50,707 nt of DNA from Candidatus Onthoplasma sp. (GCA_045614345.1 JAZLCR010000019.1:1-50707); one strand, 5' to 3'; counted from the first letter of the stretch, positions 8,186-18,840 are shown. A program made the numbers and translations. The notes: generated by a model from the sequence alone, not told the origin.

Positions 8186-8770
8186 TTAAGCTTTTTTCTT
8201 TTTAAGGACACAAAGAACGGCCAAAGTTGCAAAAGTAACTAAAGCAAAGGTCAAAGCACCATGAACAGAAACAAATATAATTGCTTGTGGACATCTTGCA
8301 ATATCATCACCCATTTTTGCTTGGAAAACACCAAACTCCATTGCATCTAACATTTTGAGTGCATAAAGTTTGCTGTTTTCTTTTTTTAGCGTTTTTAATT
8401 CCTCAACTTCTTTTTTATATTCATCTTTAGTCATGCAATCTTTGTTCATCGCTTCAATTTGTTCATCTGTCATTCCTGAATATTCAAGAAGTTTCTTCGG
8501 TTCAAGCGTGATAACCTTATCTCCATCACGATAAATCCACATATCCATAACAATTTTATCTTCGCCTTCTTCCATTGATAGTCTTGCGATAGAATCACTG
8601 TGAACTTTGATTGTTGAAACCATTTCCACTGTTCCAACTGTTTCTTTGTAAGTATAATTTAACCCGTATGAAATTGGTCGAACCAAGATGCCAATTTCAA
8701 CTGCCAAAAAGACAGCTGCCGCAACAATGAATACAATCATTACCGGTTTTTTGCTTAAAAATTTTTTCAT
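8186..8770 (-). CDS. hypothetical bitopic membrane protein
   Basis: 194 aa with N-terminal and C-terminal TM helices flanking a charged, coiled-coil-like domain. GGAGGG SD. No family recognised. Confidence 0.6.
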   Translation of the reverse strand: MKKFLSKKPVMIVFIVAAAVFLAVEIGILVRPISYGLNYTYKETVGTVEMVSTIKVHSDSIARLSMEEGEDKIVMDMWIYRDGDKVITLEPKKLLEYSGMTDEQIEAMNKDCMTKDEYKKEVEELKTLKKENSKLYALKMLDAMEFGVFQAKMGDDIARCPQAIIFVSVHGALTFALVTFATLAVLCVLKKKKA

Positions 8771-8824
8771 AACACCCTCCTTATTTTGAAAAAATTAAAT
8801 AGAGTAATTAGATCTTTTTATACA

Positions 8825-8871
8825 ATAATAAAAAGAAATAATTATCCTTTCCCCTAGAAGATAATTATTTC
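8825..8871 (-). terminator. terminator-like perfect 12-bp inverted repeat
   Basis: GAAATAATTATC, a 13-nt loop, then GATAATTATTTC (8835-8871). On the minus strand it is followed by TTTTTATTATT. Lies downstream of the methyltransferase gene. Confidence 0.45.
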
Positions 8872-9049
8872 CCTCCTTTTACTCTCATTATTTTGATTTT
8901 AACGAAAAATCAATAATTTTGTCAACTATATTATTTATGTTTTTTCACTATTTTTGTGAATAAAAAATAAACAAATTAATAATAACTTGTTTATTCTTAT
9001 TATTTTATGATTAAATTTTAACTACTTTTAAAATATAAAAGCCATTGCT

Positions 9050-9649
9050 TTATATTTTTAGTGACCTCAAAATGTAGAAACCTTTGTTTCTATCAATAAT
9101 TTCACAATTCCCAAAAATTGAATTAATGTGTTTTTTCAAGCTTTCCATGCCATGATCTTTTCTGATTACTAAAATCAATTGACCATTGGAATTCAAATGA
9201 TCGTATACTCCTTGCATTAAATCAAAAAGCAACTTTTTGCCAGTTTTAATTGGTGGATTTGTGACAATAAAATCATAATTGTTTTTAACTTCACTAAAGC
9301 CATCACTATAAAAAACATTAGCAGATTTTTGAACATTGTTTTTGATTAAGTTTTCTTTGCTAAGTTTTACTGCAGTCCTGTTTATATCTAACATATCAAA
9401 TGTTACACCATATTTTTTAATTAATGTGATTGCAATAACCCCAAGACCACATCCCAAATCTAGCCCATGTCCACTTATCTCACATTTTTTGCTTATTGCA
9501 TCAAGCAAAGCTCTTGTTCCTTCATCGATCTTGTTCTTAGAAAAAATGCTATCGCAACTGCGAAAGCATAAATCTAACCCTAAAACACTATCATTGAAAT
9601 TAAAGAAATCACTATCAACATGATCCTTATCAATAAAGTAATGTTGCAA
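9050..9649 (-). CDS. class I SAM-dependent methyltransferase, RsmC/RlmG-like small-domain type
   Basis: 199 aa with LDLGCGLGVIA (SAM motif I) and IVTNPPIKTGK (NPP motif of N-methyltransferases). Confidence 0.8.
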   Translation of the reverse strand: MQHYFIDKDHVDSDFFNFNDSVLGLDLCFRSCDSIFSKNKIDEGTRALLDAISKKCEISGHGLDLGCGLGVIAITLIKKYGVTFDMLDINRTAVKLSKENLIKNNVQKSANVFYSDGFSEVKNNYDFIVTNPPIKTGKKLLFDLMQGVYDHLNSNGQLILVIRKDHGMESLKKHINSIFGNCEIIDRNKGFYILRSLKI

Positions 9650-9651
9650 AA

Positions 9652-9906
9652 TTACCCCCTATAGAATGTTACTTCAATTGGCAAAACCATAATAATCATT
9701 CCAACAAGAATTAATAAAATACCAATAAATTTTAATGTTGAGTAAAATTTGTCTCCTGGATTGATTTCAACTTGTTTTCTCTTTGCCATTGTGATACGCT
9801 TTGCCATCATGCAAATTGATGTTCCTATAATTGCAAAAATAATACCTGTGATTACTGTGTATCTTAATAAGAAATCCAACGGATCCATTGCTAATAAAAA
9901 TGTCAT
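9652..9906 (-). CDS. small membrane protein (2 TM), unknown function
   Basis: 84 aa with two hydrophobic helices. Its stop is 2 nt before the methyltransferase start, suggesting an operon. Confidence 0.5.
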   Translation of the reverse strand: MTFLLAMDPLDFLLRYTVITGIIFAIIGTSICMMAKRITMAKRKQVEINPGDKFYSTLKFIGILLILVGMIIMVLPIEVTFYRG

Positions 9907-9990
9907 AATATATCTCCTATTCGTATATTAACACCAAACTAATGGTTTGTCAATAGTCAATATTTTAGTTTATAACAAAACGTTGATGAA

Positions 9991-10560
9991 TTATTTTCTT
10001 CTTGCAAAAAAGTTTTTAATTTTGTTAAAAATATCATTTATTTTGAAAACATAGAACACCTTGTATACCACTGAAACTGCAGATGTGAGCAACAATGCAA
10101 ATGTTGAAATATTAAGAATTACTGTTGTTAACTCAACAACAATCAATGAAATTAGCACAAAAGCTATTAATGCCAAGAATTCAAAGATTGTAAAGCACGC
10201 ATCAACTGCATCAATAATTTCAGGCATATTAGAATCAACTAAAGCAATTCTAAACACATTCAATAACACAACAAAAACCACAATGAACACGCTCAAAACA
10301 ACGCTTTCTATCAAATCAATTGATGTGAAGAAGATAACAAGAGTTGAAATCTCTAATGCTCCACCAATTGCATTTATTATTGTGTGAACTTTGTTTTCCT
10401 TATCTCTAAAAAGCACCATCCAAATTTTTGTTACTAAAATCCCTGTAATAAACAAGCCAACTGTCCACATCGGCAACAATAAGTTTGCTGCAAAAACAAG
10501 TGGTAAAAGCGCCAATTCAACAGCAAACAAAATTTTATAAAATGTATCATTTCTAGTCAT
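9991..10560 (-). CDS. polytopic membrane protein, unknown function
   Basis: 189 aa with about 5 predicted TM helices. First gene of a minus-strand unit divergent from the ABC operon. Confidence 0.55.
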   Translation of the reverse strand: MTRNDTFYKILFAVELALLPLVFAANLLLPMWTVGLFITGILVTKIWMVLFRDKENKVHTIINAIGGALEISTLVIFFTSIDLIESVVLSVFIVVFVVLLNVFRIALVDSNMPEIIDAVDACFTIFEFLALIAFVLISLIVVELTTVILNISTFALLLTSAVSVVYKVFYVFKINDIFNKIKNFFARRK

Positions 10561-10739
10561 AATTTACCTCTTGGTTATTTTAACAAAGAATTTTATTTTT
10601 GTAAAACAAAATTAAGGTGATTTTCAAAATTTGCCTTAATATCTCAATTAACAAAAAATAGAATCGCACATAAAATGAACTATGGAAGACATTAAACCAC
10701 TTAAAACAACTTCCATATAAAAATTTAAAAGGAGAATGA

Positions 10740-11753
10740 ATGAAGAAAATTTCAATTTTACTCGTCCTGTTTATTAGCATGTTCTCTTGCTTTGTTTCTG
10801 TGGGTTGTGGCAAAAAAGAAGATAATACAATTCGCATCAGCGAAGTAACACATTCGCTATTCTACGCTCCACTCTATGTTGCTCAAAATAATGGCTATTT
10901 TGATGATGAGGGCTTGAAGATCGAATTAACTAACGCGGGAGGAAGCGATACAGTTATGTCTGCTTTGATATCAAAAAGTGCCGATGTTGGACTCATGGGG
11001 CCAGAAAGTTGCGTATATGTTCGTAATAACGGAATGCAAAATGCTCCCAAAATCTTTGCTCAATTAACAGCTTGCGATGGTTCTTTCCTTGTGGGCAGAA
11101 ATGATGCAGGTGATGAATTTGATTGGAGTTCTTTGGCAGGAACTCATATTATTGCAGGCAGAAAAGGTGGAATGCCTGCCATGACATTGCAATACATTTT
11201 GGAAGAAATCCATGGTTTAACCACTGGAGCTGAACTTGGCGAAGGTGTTGACGTTAAACTAGACACAACAATTGCTTTCAACCTAACCACATCATCATTT
11301 GTTGCTGGAACTGGAGATTTTTGCACAATGTTTGATCCAACCGCAAGTCAGTGTGAACTTGATAGAACTGGATATATCGTTGCCGCTTTAGGTGATGAAG
11401 TTAAAGATGTTCCTTACACTTGCTTTGTTGCAACAGATGAATATCTTAAAAATAACAGTGAAAAAATTAACAAGTTTATGCGGGCATTAAAAAAAGGATA
11501 TGATTATCTAATCACTGCAACAGATGCACAAATTTTAGCAAGTTTGAAGCCTTCATTCAACACCACAAGCGACCAACTTATTTTAGCTTCAGTAAAAAAT
11601 TACATCAAAATTGGCGCATATGCTAGCAATTTTGAGTTGAAAGAAAGTTCTTGGAACAAAATGCTTGAAATTATTGATAATGCCGGCGAACTAACAAACA
11701 GAGTTGAATGGAATGATGCTGTTAACAATTCTTTTGCAAAAAAAGTTGCATAG
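10740..11753 (+). CDS. ABC transporter substrate-binding lipoprotein (NMT1/THI5-like, NitT/TauT family)
   Basis: Signal peptide with a lipobox (FVSVGC-GKK). Mature domain has HSLFYAPLYVAQNNGYF, typical of NMT1/SsuA-like binding proteins. AAGGAG SD. Confidence 0.85.
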   Translation: MKKISILLVLFISMFSCFVSVGCGKKEDNTIRISEVTHSLFYAPLYVAQNNGYFDDEGLKIELTNAGGSDTVMSALISKSADVGLMGPESCVYVRNNGMQNAPKIFAQLTACDGSFLVGRNDAGDEFDWSSLAGTHIIAGRKGGMPAMTLQYILEEIHGLTTGAELGEGVDVKLDTTIAFNLTTSSFVAGTGDFCTMFDPTASQCELDRTGYIVAALGDEVKDVPYTCFVATDEYLKNNSEKINKFMRALKKGYDYLITATDAQILASLKPSFNTTSDQLILASVKNYIKIGAYASNFELKESSWNKMLEIIDNAGELTNRVEWNDAVNNSFAKKVA

Positions 11754-12530
11754 ATGGAAAATATTGTTGAAATAAAAAATTTAGATTTAATTTATCAAAG
11801 CATCAAACATGAAACTCAAGCTCTGACCAACATTAATTTAAAAATAGAAAAACAAGAATTCATTTCAATTGTTGGACCTTCTGGATGCGGAAAAACAACC
11901 ATTTTATCGCTTATTTCTGGATTAATAAGACCCACATTTGGCGAAGTTAAAGTTCTTAATAAAACACCTTCCCCAAAAGATGACATCTCAGGCTATATGT
12001 TCCAACGAGACAATTTGCTTCCATGGAGAAATATTGAAAAAAACATTTATTTGGGTTTAGAATTAAAGCGAAAAAAAACTAAAGAACGAAAAGAATACGC
12101 GATTGGTTTGGCACACAAATATGGTCTTGGCGAATTTTTAAAAAAACATCCTACCGAACTTAGTGGTGGAATGAGACAACGTGTTGCTCTTATTAGAACT
12201 CTTGCGCTAAAACCAGAACTTTTACTCCTTGACGAACCTTTTAGTGCTCTAGATTATCAAGCACGCCTACAACTCTGTGATGATGTTTTTAACATAATAA
12301 AAAAAGAAAAAAAGACAGCCATCCTCGTTACCCATGACCTAATTGAAGCAATAACTATGAGTGATAGAATTGTTGTGCTATCTTCAAGGCCTGGGACAAT
12401 TAAAGCCATCCACTCTCCAAAATTTGATGTTAACTTAACACCTTTTGAACGCAGACAAACAGACGAATGTAAAAAACTTTTCGATGAAATTTGGCAGGAA
12501 ATTCAAAATGAAAACCAAAACAAAATTTAG
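11754..12530 (+). CDS. ABC transporter ATP-binding protein (NitT/TauT family)
   Basis: Walker A GPSGCGKTT, signature LSGGMRQR, Walker B LLLLDEP, H-loop VTHD. Confidence 0.92.
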   Translation: MENIVEIKNLDLIYQSIKHETQALTNINLKIEKQEFISIVGPSGCGKTTILSLISGLIRPTFGEVKVLNKTPSPKDDISGYMFQRDNLLPWRNIEKNIYLGLELKRKKTKERKEYAIGLAHKYGLGEFLKKHPTELSGGMRQRVALIRTLALKPELLLLDEPFSALDYQARLQLCDDVFNIIKKEKKTAILVTHDLIEAITMSDRIVVLSSRPGTIKAIHSPKFDVNLTPFERRQTDECKKLFDEIWQEIQNENQNKI

Positions 12531-13317
12531 CGAAGCCCATGCGGATTACCTAAAGAAACACACATCAAAAAAAATCTTGATTGTTATCACCCAAATTTTA
12601 ATACTCATTGCTTTTGTGCTAAGTTGGGAATTACTCAGCAAACATGAAATTATCAGTTCTTTCTTCTTCTCTAGCCCATCAAAAATAATTAAAACAATTG
12701 TCGAATTATGCAATAATGGTCAGTTGTTTTATCACTCAAAAATTACACTCTATGAAACATTGGCGGGTTTTAGCATTGCAACTTTAATTGGCTTTGTTGT
12801 GGCATTCACTTTGTGGTATAGTGACTTCCTTCGACGTGTTCTAGAACCATATTTGGTTGTTCTGAACTCGTTGCCCAAAATTGCACTCGGCCCAATTATC
12901 ATTGTGTGGTTTGGTGCCGGACAAAAAGCGATAATATTTATGTGTATTTTGATTGTTATTATTGTGACGATCATGAATATACTAAACTCTTTCACAAGTT
13001 GTGATAAGCAACTAATCACCCTCGCCCAATCACTTGGTGCAAACAAAATTCAAATATTCATCAAACTAATTTTACCTAATTCACTTAAAGACATTATTAC
13101 AACTCTCAAAGTTAACGTTGGTTTAAGTTGGATTGGCGCAATCATGGGTGAATATTTAGTGTCTAAAGCAGGTCTTGGATATCTTCTAATCTACGGTGGG
13201 CAAGTGTTTAATTTAAACCTTGTTATGACCGCAACTGTTATCCTCTGCGTTTTAGCAAGTTTAATGTATTTTGCCGTTGCTTTGTTTGAAAAGTTAATGC
13301 AGAAATTGTACCAGTGA
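12508..13317 (+). CDS. ABC transporter permease (NitT/TauT family)
   Basis: Six-TM permease with an EAA-like loop (LAQSLGANKIQIFIKLILPNS). The ORF track starts at 12445, inside the ATPase gene. The ATG at 12508 (MKTKTKF) with AGGAA upstream is preferred. Confidence 0.88.
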   Translation: MKTKTKFSEAHADYLKKHTSKKILIVITQILILIAFVLSWELLSKHEIISSFFFSSPSKIIKTIVELCNNGQLFYHSKITLYETLAGFSIATLIGFVVAFTLWYSDFLRRVLEPYLVVLNSLPKIALGPIIIVWFGAGQKAIIFMCILIVIIVTIMNILNSFTSCDKQLITLAQSLGANKIQIFIKLILPNSLKDIITTLKVNVGLSWIGAIMGEYLVSKAGLGYLLIYGGQVFNLNLVMTATVILCVLASLMYFAVALFEKLMQKLYQ

Positions 13318-13374
13318 TTTATTATCTACCAATGAAATTGCAACAACCGATTTTATTGTTTTAATATGCAATTA

Positions 13375-13403
13375 AAACTGTCAACTTGTTTGGCAGTTTT
13401 TAT
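13375..13403 (+). terminator. terminator of the ABC transporter operon
   Basis: AAAACTGTCAA-CTTG-TTTGGCAGTTTTT (one G-U pair). Confidence 0.6.
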
Positions 13404-13461
13404 GTTTTAATACAATGAAATCCTCTAGTTTATCTAGCAGTTTTTAACGTCTCAAAAAAAT

Positions 13462-13486
13462 AAAAAAAAGAGCATTTGCTCTTTTA
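13462..13486 (-). terminator. terminator downstream of ftsZ
   Basis: AAAAGAGC-ATTT-GCTCTTTT. On the minus strand the hairpin is followed by a long T run. Confidence 0.65.
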
Positions 13487-13557
13487 TCTTCAAAGTTTCT
13501 TAAAAAGTGATAACTTAGAAATTATATTTGAGTACGTTCCACAATATCCTAAACCTC

Positions 13558-14739
13558 TTAACGTCTAAGTTTTCTCAAAAAAGGTGGAATGTCGTCATCG
13601 TCGATGATAGGCTTTTTGCTTGCAATTGAAATATCTTCCACTTCATCTTTATGTTCTGACTCAACATCGTGTTCTTCAACCTTTTCTTCCTTAACTAATT
13701 GAACTACTGGTTCTTCGATTTTTTTAACAGGTTCTGTGAACACCTTAAAATCTGCACTGTTATTCTTAAACTCCGGAACAGACTCTTTCTTCTCTTCATC
13801 ATTCTGTTCAAATCCTGTTGCAATAACTGTAACTTCTGTTTCACCGCTAATATCATTATTAACATTAGCACCAAAAATTACGTTACAATCAGCATGGGCA
13901 ACGTCTCTAACCAAATCAACTGCTTCATAAACTTCACTAAGAGTTAAATCTCTTCCGCCTGAGATGTTGATCAAAATACCAGTTGCACCTTCAATGCTTG
14001 TTTCAAGAAGTTGACTTGTAACAGCTTGACGAACAGCTTCAATTGTTTTATTTGCCCCACGACCTTTACCGATACCCATGTGAGCAATTCCCTTATCTCT
14101 CATGATTGTTGCAACGTCGGCAAAGTCTAAGTTGATAAGACCTGTTACTGAAATCACTTCACTAACGCCTTGAATTGCTTGATGAAGAACATCATCTGCA
14201 TATCTAAACGCATCAGCTAATGAAACTTCTTTGTTGAAAATCGTGTAGAGTTTTTCGTTTGGAATAATAACAAGTGAGTCGCAATATCTTCTCATCTCTT
14301 CAATTCCGCGTTCGGCATTTGCCGCACGTTTTGGACCTTCAAACTTAAATGGCTTTGTTACAACACCAATGGTTAAAATACCCATTTCTTTTGCCAACTT
14401 CGCAATAACTGGAGCCGCACCATTACCAGTTCCGCCACCAAGACCAGTTGTTATGAATAATAAGTTTGTGCCTTGAAGCATTCTACGAATATCTTCAATG
14501 CTTTCTTCCGCTGCCGCTTTACCAACATCTGGATTTGACCCTGCACCAAGACCTCTGGTGAGTTGTTTTCCAATTTGAATAACCTCATCGGCATTTGATG
14601 CAAGTAAGTCTTGCATGTCAGTATTAACTGCAACGAAATACGCACCAGTTATTCCTGATGCAACCATTCTGTTAACGGCGTTGTTTCCGCCACCACCAAC
14701 ACCAACAACTTTAATATTACAAATATTACTTACGCTCAT
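13558..14739 (-). CDS. ftsZ: cell division protein FtsZ
   Basis: GVGGGGNNAV, tubulin signature GGGTGNGAAP, an acidic linker and the C-terminal peptide DDIPPFLRKLRR. Confidence 0.97.
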   Translation of the reverse strand: MSVSNICNIKVVGVGGGGNNAVNRMVASGITGAYFVAVNTDMQDLLASNADEVIQIGKQLTRGLGAGSNPDVGKAAAEESIEDIRRMLQGTNLLFITTGLGGGTGNGAAPVIAKLAKEMGILTIGVVTKPFKFEGPKRAANAERGIEEMRRYCDSLVIIPNEKLYTIFNKEVSLADAFRYADDVLHQAIQGVSEVISVTGLINLDFADVATIMRDKGIAHMGIGKGRGANKTIEAVRQAVTSQLLETSIEGATGILINISGGRDLTLSEVYEAVDLVRDVAHADCNVIFGANVNNDISGETEVTVIATGFEQNDEEKKESVPEFKNNSADFKVFTEPVKKIEEPVVQLVKEEKVEEHDVESEHKDEVEDISIASKKPIIDDDDIPPFLRKLRR

Positions 14740-14750
14740 GTTTCTCTCCT

Positions 14751-15860
14751 TTAAATCATTATATCAGCCAACATGGCTAATCCTATTTTTGATGTTTGAT
14801 ATTTATCGTATGAATTATTAAACGGAATTTTATAATCATACACATTATGCTTTGTAACATCTTTAATTATGTTTTTAACACCTTTGAAGTTTGCAATTCC
14901 ATCTCCGGTTAGATAAATGTCAATTCCATCAAACACTTCATTAATTGATAAAATATCTTTTATTATTTTTGCGATAATTTCAATCCTGCTCTTTACAACT
15001 TGATTTGTCATGTTAATTGGAGCTTTAATTAAATTCCCTTTATGACAAATTTCATAGTATTCATTTTTCTTGCTCTCAATTGTGAGAATTATTTTTCTCT
15101 TAATAAGCTCAGCCGATTTGAAATTAAGCCCTAACACCTGCATTAAATCTGATGAGATATGACCACCGCCCAATGCAAATGATGTAAGCAAAGCTATACC
15201 CTCTCCCTTGTAGACACACACACTGGTTGAAATGTGACCAACATCAACAATTGCAATTGGCTTTTTATCATTCTTGATTGGCTCACATGCCATCGCCTGT
15301 CCAAGCGCTGAAGACACGAATTCAACATTTGTAATTTTAAGGTTTTTCAATTTTTCCTTCACAATATCAATGAAAGATTTTTTTGCTAATATGTAACTCG
15401 CATCAAGAATTAACGAGGTTGTTTTCTTCCCAACTGGCGAAAGTGTTTTGAAATTGTCATCAAGTAGACATTGCATTGGACTATATGAAATTAAACTGTA
15501 TGCTTCGCTATTGCCAAAGTTTGCATTAGAGATATAAAGGCTTTTTAAATCGTTTTCCTTAATTTTGTGGAGACCAACATATTTTCGTGAAATTCGCTTG
15601 CAAACGCACAAGCTAAACTCACTTGGGACACCAACAATAATTGATGATATTGGTTTTCTTATTTTTTGATTCATTGCATCCATGAGTGTTTGCAAATCAT
15701 TTTCCAACTCATCAGCACTTAGGAATTCACCATCCATGAATCCGTCATACAAAACACTCTCCTCCGCAACAACTCTTTGCCTTCCAGCAAATTCGGTTAC
15801 TGCATACAAACGGAGAGCCGACGACCCAATATCTAAGATAAATTTCAATTTGTTAAGCAA
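14751..15860 (-). CDS. ftsA: cell division protein FtsA
   Basis: Actin-fold motifs ILDIGSSALR, VDVGHISTSV and LGGGHISSD, located immediately upstream of ftsZ. The track start (15902) has no SD. The in-frame TTG at 15858-15860 follows GGGGGA by 5 nt. The exact start remains uncertain. Confidence 0.85.
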   Translation of the reverse strand: MLNKLKFILDIGSSALRLYAVTEFAGRQRVVAEESVLYDGFMDGEFLSADELENDLQTLMDAMNQKIRKPISSIIVGVPSEFSLCVCKRISRKYVGLHKIKENDLKSLYISNANFGNSEAYSLISYSPMQCLLDDNFKTLSPVGKKTTSLILDASYILAKKSFIDIVKEKLKNLKITNVEFVSSALGQAMACEPIKNDKKPIAIVDVGHISTSVCVYKGEGIALLTSFALGGGHISSDLMQVLGLNFKSAELIKRKIILTIESKKNEYYEICHKGNLIKAPINMTNQVVKSRIEIIAKIIKDILSINEVFDGIDIYLTGDGIANFKGVKNIIKDVTKHNVYDYKIPFNNSYDKYQTSKIGLAMLADIMI

Positions 15861-16094
15861 ATTAATCCCCCATTTCGCTTTATAACTAATATTAGTATAC
15901 AAAATCTTGTATTTTTAGTCAAATAAATTAATTAAATTATTAATTAAATTTATAAACTTTTACATTTTCTCGCTCAACTATACCATATTTTGTTACCTTA
16001 AAGCTTAAAATACACAATATTATTACATAAAAAGCATGACAAATTCACATTTTTAACCTTTCATATATCATGTTTATTTTGTTGAAGATATCTG

Positions 16095-16127
16095 AATAAA
16101 AAATAAGGTCATTTGCTTAGACCTTAT
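16095..16127 (-). terminator. terminator overlapping the divIB stop codon
   Basis: Minus strand reads ATAAGGTC-TAAGCAAAT-GACCTTAT followed by TTTTTT. Confidence 0.55.
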
Positions 16128-16972
16128 TCTGATTCTTCACTTGCTGGAATGTAAACATTCTGCTGAACACCTTCCAAGCTATAATATATCTTAATGGTGC
16201 CAGATTTTTCCCTACCTAAACCCTCATCAATCAATGAGTTAACTGTGGATAAGCATACATTCATTTTATGAGTTAAATCAATTGATGGGTTCTCAATGTC
16301 AAATTTAATGCCATACTTTGTTGTTATAACTATTTTATCAAACGATGATTTGCTTTCAAATTTAATAGATTTAACAATGTCACACATGTCCGCTCTTGTG
16401 TAATATTCTGTTGTTTCAGGAGTTTTCTCTTTCACGTTGTTAACGAACGAATAATATAAGATTTGCCCAACCTCTTTTTGATAGTCAGTTCCAACAAAAT
16501 CACCCTCTACAGTTTCCGAATTAATATTAGCCATTTCATTTTCAACATAAATTAAATGCGTTGGTTTATTGCTTTCTTCACCATCTTCACTTGCTTTAAT
16601 TATTTTCAAAACCTTAAGCTCTTCATCCATGATATAGTAATTGTCATTTTGTTCTTTATAACACATTTCGTGTCTTGCTCTAATTCTAATATCAATTTCT
16701 GTTAAACTTATTGTTTTGATTTGAATTACTTTAACATATGGATAAGCAGATTCGATTTTATTTATTGCAGTATCCTTATTGATCATAAAAATTGGATTAC
16801 CATTTTTAATCTCTGCAGATCTAATTATTTCATCATTGCTTATATCAAAAAGAGCATCTCCGATGATTGTTACATTTTGAGTGCGCAAACAAAACACCGC
16901 GCCAAATAAAACACCTATTGTCGCAAGAACCACAGTTATTAAAAATAATGTTATAATGCTACCTTTCTTCAT
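16124..16972 (-). CDS. divIB: FtsQ/DivIB-type cell division protein
   Basis: 282 aa with a single N-terminal TM and a POTRA-like segment (VTIIGDALFDISNDEIIRSAEI). Sits in the canonical position upstream of ftsA. ATGA overlap with the murA stop. Confidence 0.65.
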   Translation of the reverse strand: MKKGSIITLFLITVVLATIGVLFGAVFCLRTQNVTIIGDALFDISNDEIIRSAEIKNGNPIFMINKDTAINKIESAYPYVKVIQIKTISLTEIDIRIRARHEMCYKEQNDNYYIMDEELKVLKIIKASEDGEESNKPTHLIYVENEMANINSETVEGDFVGTDYQKEVGQILYYSFVNNVKEKTPETTEYYTRADMCDIVKSIKFESKSSFDKIVITTKYGIKFDIENPSIDLTHKMNVCLSTVNSLIDEGLGREKSGTIKIYYSLEGVQQNVYIPASEESE

Positions 16973-18234
16973 ACCCTCTTAATGTTTGCACCCAAACTAT
17001 TCAACATATCCTCAAAATTATCATATCCACGGTCAATGAAATGAACATTGTTTACAATTGTTTTTCCATTCGCTATAAGCCCTAACAACACCAAACTTGC
17101 TCCACCCCTAAGGTCCATTGCTTCAACGCTTGCGCTTGTTAATGTTTTAACACCTTTAACCTTGACATGTTTTGAACTTAACATTTTAACATTAGCACCA
17201 AACTTTTTAAGTTCAGAAATTGTTAAAAACCTGTTCTCAAAAATGTTTTCCCTAACAATGGTTTCACCATTAACGACACACATTAAAGCCAAAATCATCG
17301 ATTGCATGTCTGTTGGAAAGTTTGGATAAAATCCTGTTGAAATTTCCTTTATTGAATGCAGTTCTTTTTCTCTTACAATATGTATTATATCATTTTTAAA
17401 GTTGATTTGACAACCTAATTGGGTTAAAATTTCAATTAATTTTAAATTTTGATATGGGACTGCATTTGTTATGGTCACATTTCCACCTGCAATTGCCACA
17501 GCTGTCATTATTGTTCCCGCAGCAATACGATCACCTATTGGGGCATATTCAGTATGTGTTAACCTATCAACACCATATATTGTAATCACATCCGTTCCTG
17601 CGCCCAGGATTTTTGCGCCCATCTGGTTTAAAAAGTTACATAAATCAACAACTTCTGGTTCTTTAGCTGCATTAACTATTGTTGTTTTACCTTTAAGTTT
17701 ACAAGCAAATTGAATTATATTTTCCGTTGCTCCAACGCTAGGAATTCTAAGTTTAATTCTGGTTGAGTGGGCATTTTTTACTTTGAAAAAAATATGCTCA
17801 TCATAAATTTGAACTTCTACTCCCAGTTTCTTAAACGCATTGATGTGAATATCTATAGGGCGCTTTCCAATCTTGCATCCACCCGGCATTGTCAAATTAA
17901 TCTCACCAAATTTACTAAGCATTGGACCAAGCAAAAAAAGTGACGAACGCATTGTTTTGCTTAAATTGCAATCAATTTTTGTGTTTGTTGCTTTTGTTGG
18001 ATTTAAATATATGTTCCTATCCTTTCTACTAACGTTAACACCTATTTTTTTTAATATTTTGAGCATATTATCAACATCGGTTATATCGGGAATATCTAAA
18101 ATTTTAACAAACTCATCACAAAGAAGACTTGCACTTAAAATTGGTAGAGTTGCGTTTTTACTCGTTTGATTGTGAATTTCCCCAAAAAGTTTGTTTCCCC
18201 CAACAATCTCGAAACTATTCAATTTATTTTTCAT
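16969..18234 (-). CDS. murA: UDP-N-acetylglucosamine 1-carboxyvinyltransferase
   Basis: EPSP/MurA fold with the active-site PGGCKIGKRPID and KNATLPIL. The track start (18285) is extended; the ATG at 18232-18234 (MKNKLNSFEIVGG) fits MurA N-termini. Confidence 0.93.
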   Translation of the reverse strand: MKNKLNSFEIVGGNKLFGEIHNQTSKNATLPILSASLLCDEFVKILDIPDITDVDNMLKILKKIGVNVSRKDRNIYLNPTKATNTKIDCNLSKTMRSSLFLLGPMLSKFGEINLTMPGGCKIGKRPIDIHINAFKKLGVEVQIYDEHIFFKVKNAHSTRIKLRIPSVGATENIIQFACKLKGKTTIVNAAKEPEVVDLCNFLNQMGAKILGAGTDVITIYGVDRLTHTEYAPIGDRIAAGTIMTAVAIAGGNVTITNAVPYQNLKLIEILTQLGCQINFKNDIIHIVREKELHSIKEISTGFYPNFPTDMQSMILALMCVVNGETIVRENIFENRFLTISELKKFGANVKMLSSKHVKVKGVKTLTSASVEAMDLRGGASLVLLGLIANGKTIVNNVHFIDRGYDNFEDMLNSLGANIKRV

Positions 18235-18297
18235 AATTATATTTATGTAAAAGTTTTTAAAATTGTTTACATAAAAAAAGAGCAATTTAATTGCTCT

Positions 18298-18840
18298 TTA
18301 TAAACACTTCAAAATTTCATTAAATTCTGTTTCATATCCTTTTGTAAAATGGCCAGCTCTCTCGATGATTTCTGTTTTCGCATCAATTTCTTCTGCAAAT
18401 TCATTCAACAAATTAAAATCATAAATATCGGTTGGCGAATAAAACGATATTCTTTCTTTTGCAAAATCTTTAAATTTTTTCAAGTCTTTCACAAAAAATG
18501 TTTTATTAATCTCTTCCCATATAGGATGCGGATTACTAGTGTTTTCTTTATTAAACCCAACAACGCTTATATATTTGCTTATTTTGAGATTGTTGTCCAT
18601 TAAATATCTAACACCAAAAATTGCACCAGTAGAATGACCAATATAAACTGATTCTTCATTAATAAATTCTTTATATTTATCAAAAGCCTTAGCCCATGAA
18701 TGATAAGACATATTTTCAACAGGTGGCAACGTTGGCACATAACAATCATAACCCATTGACTCTATTTTATTTTTCACGAATTGATACCAATAATCACTTC
18801 CCGTGTTGCCTAAAGCATGAACAATAAAATAATTTTTCAT
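18298..18840 (-). CDS. YdeN/RBBP9-family serine hydrolase (alpha/beta fold)
   Basis: FIVHALG, nucleophile elbow GHSTGA, SPTD and AGHF together form a Ser-Asp-His triad pattern. The ATG at 18838-18840, preceded by GAGGAG, is preferred over the track start 18954, which overlaps the upstream gene. Confidence 0.65.
   Translation of the reverse strand: MKNYFIVHALGNTGSDYWYQFVKNKIESMGYDCYVPTLPPVENMSYHSWAKAFDKYKEFINEESVYIGHSTGAIFGVRYLMDNNLKISKYISVVGFNKENTSNPHPIWEEINKTFFVKDLKKFKDFAKERISFYSPTDIYDFNLLNEFAEEIDAKTEIIERAGHFTKGYETEFNEILKCL

Noticed and set aside
10561-10739. Possible TPP or other riboswitch upstream of the NMT1/THI5-like ABC transporter
   Set aside because: I looked for the TPP core (CUGAGA ... 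ACCUGA) and for a terminator/antiterminator pair. Only a simple 7-bp hairpin (ATGGAAG...CTTCCAT) is present, so no riboswitch call is justified.
10580-10837. Minus-strand 85-aa ORF overlapping the start of the ABC substrate-binding gene
   Set aside because: It has no SD. It spans the divergent promoter region and the well-supported lipoprotein signal peptide on the other strand. Its composition is an AT-driven Phe/Ile/Lys bias.
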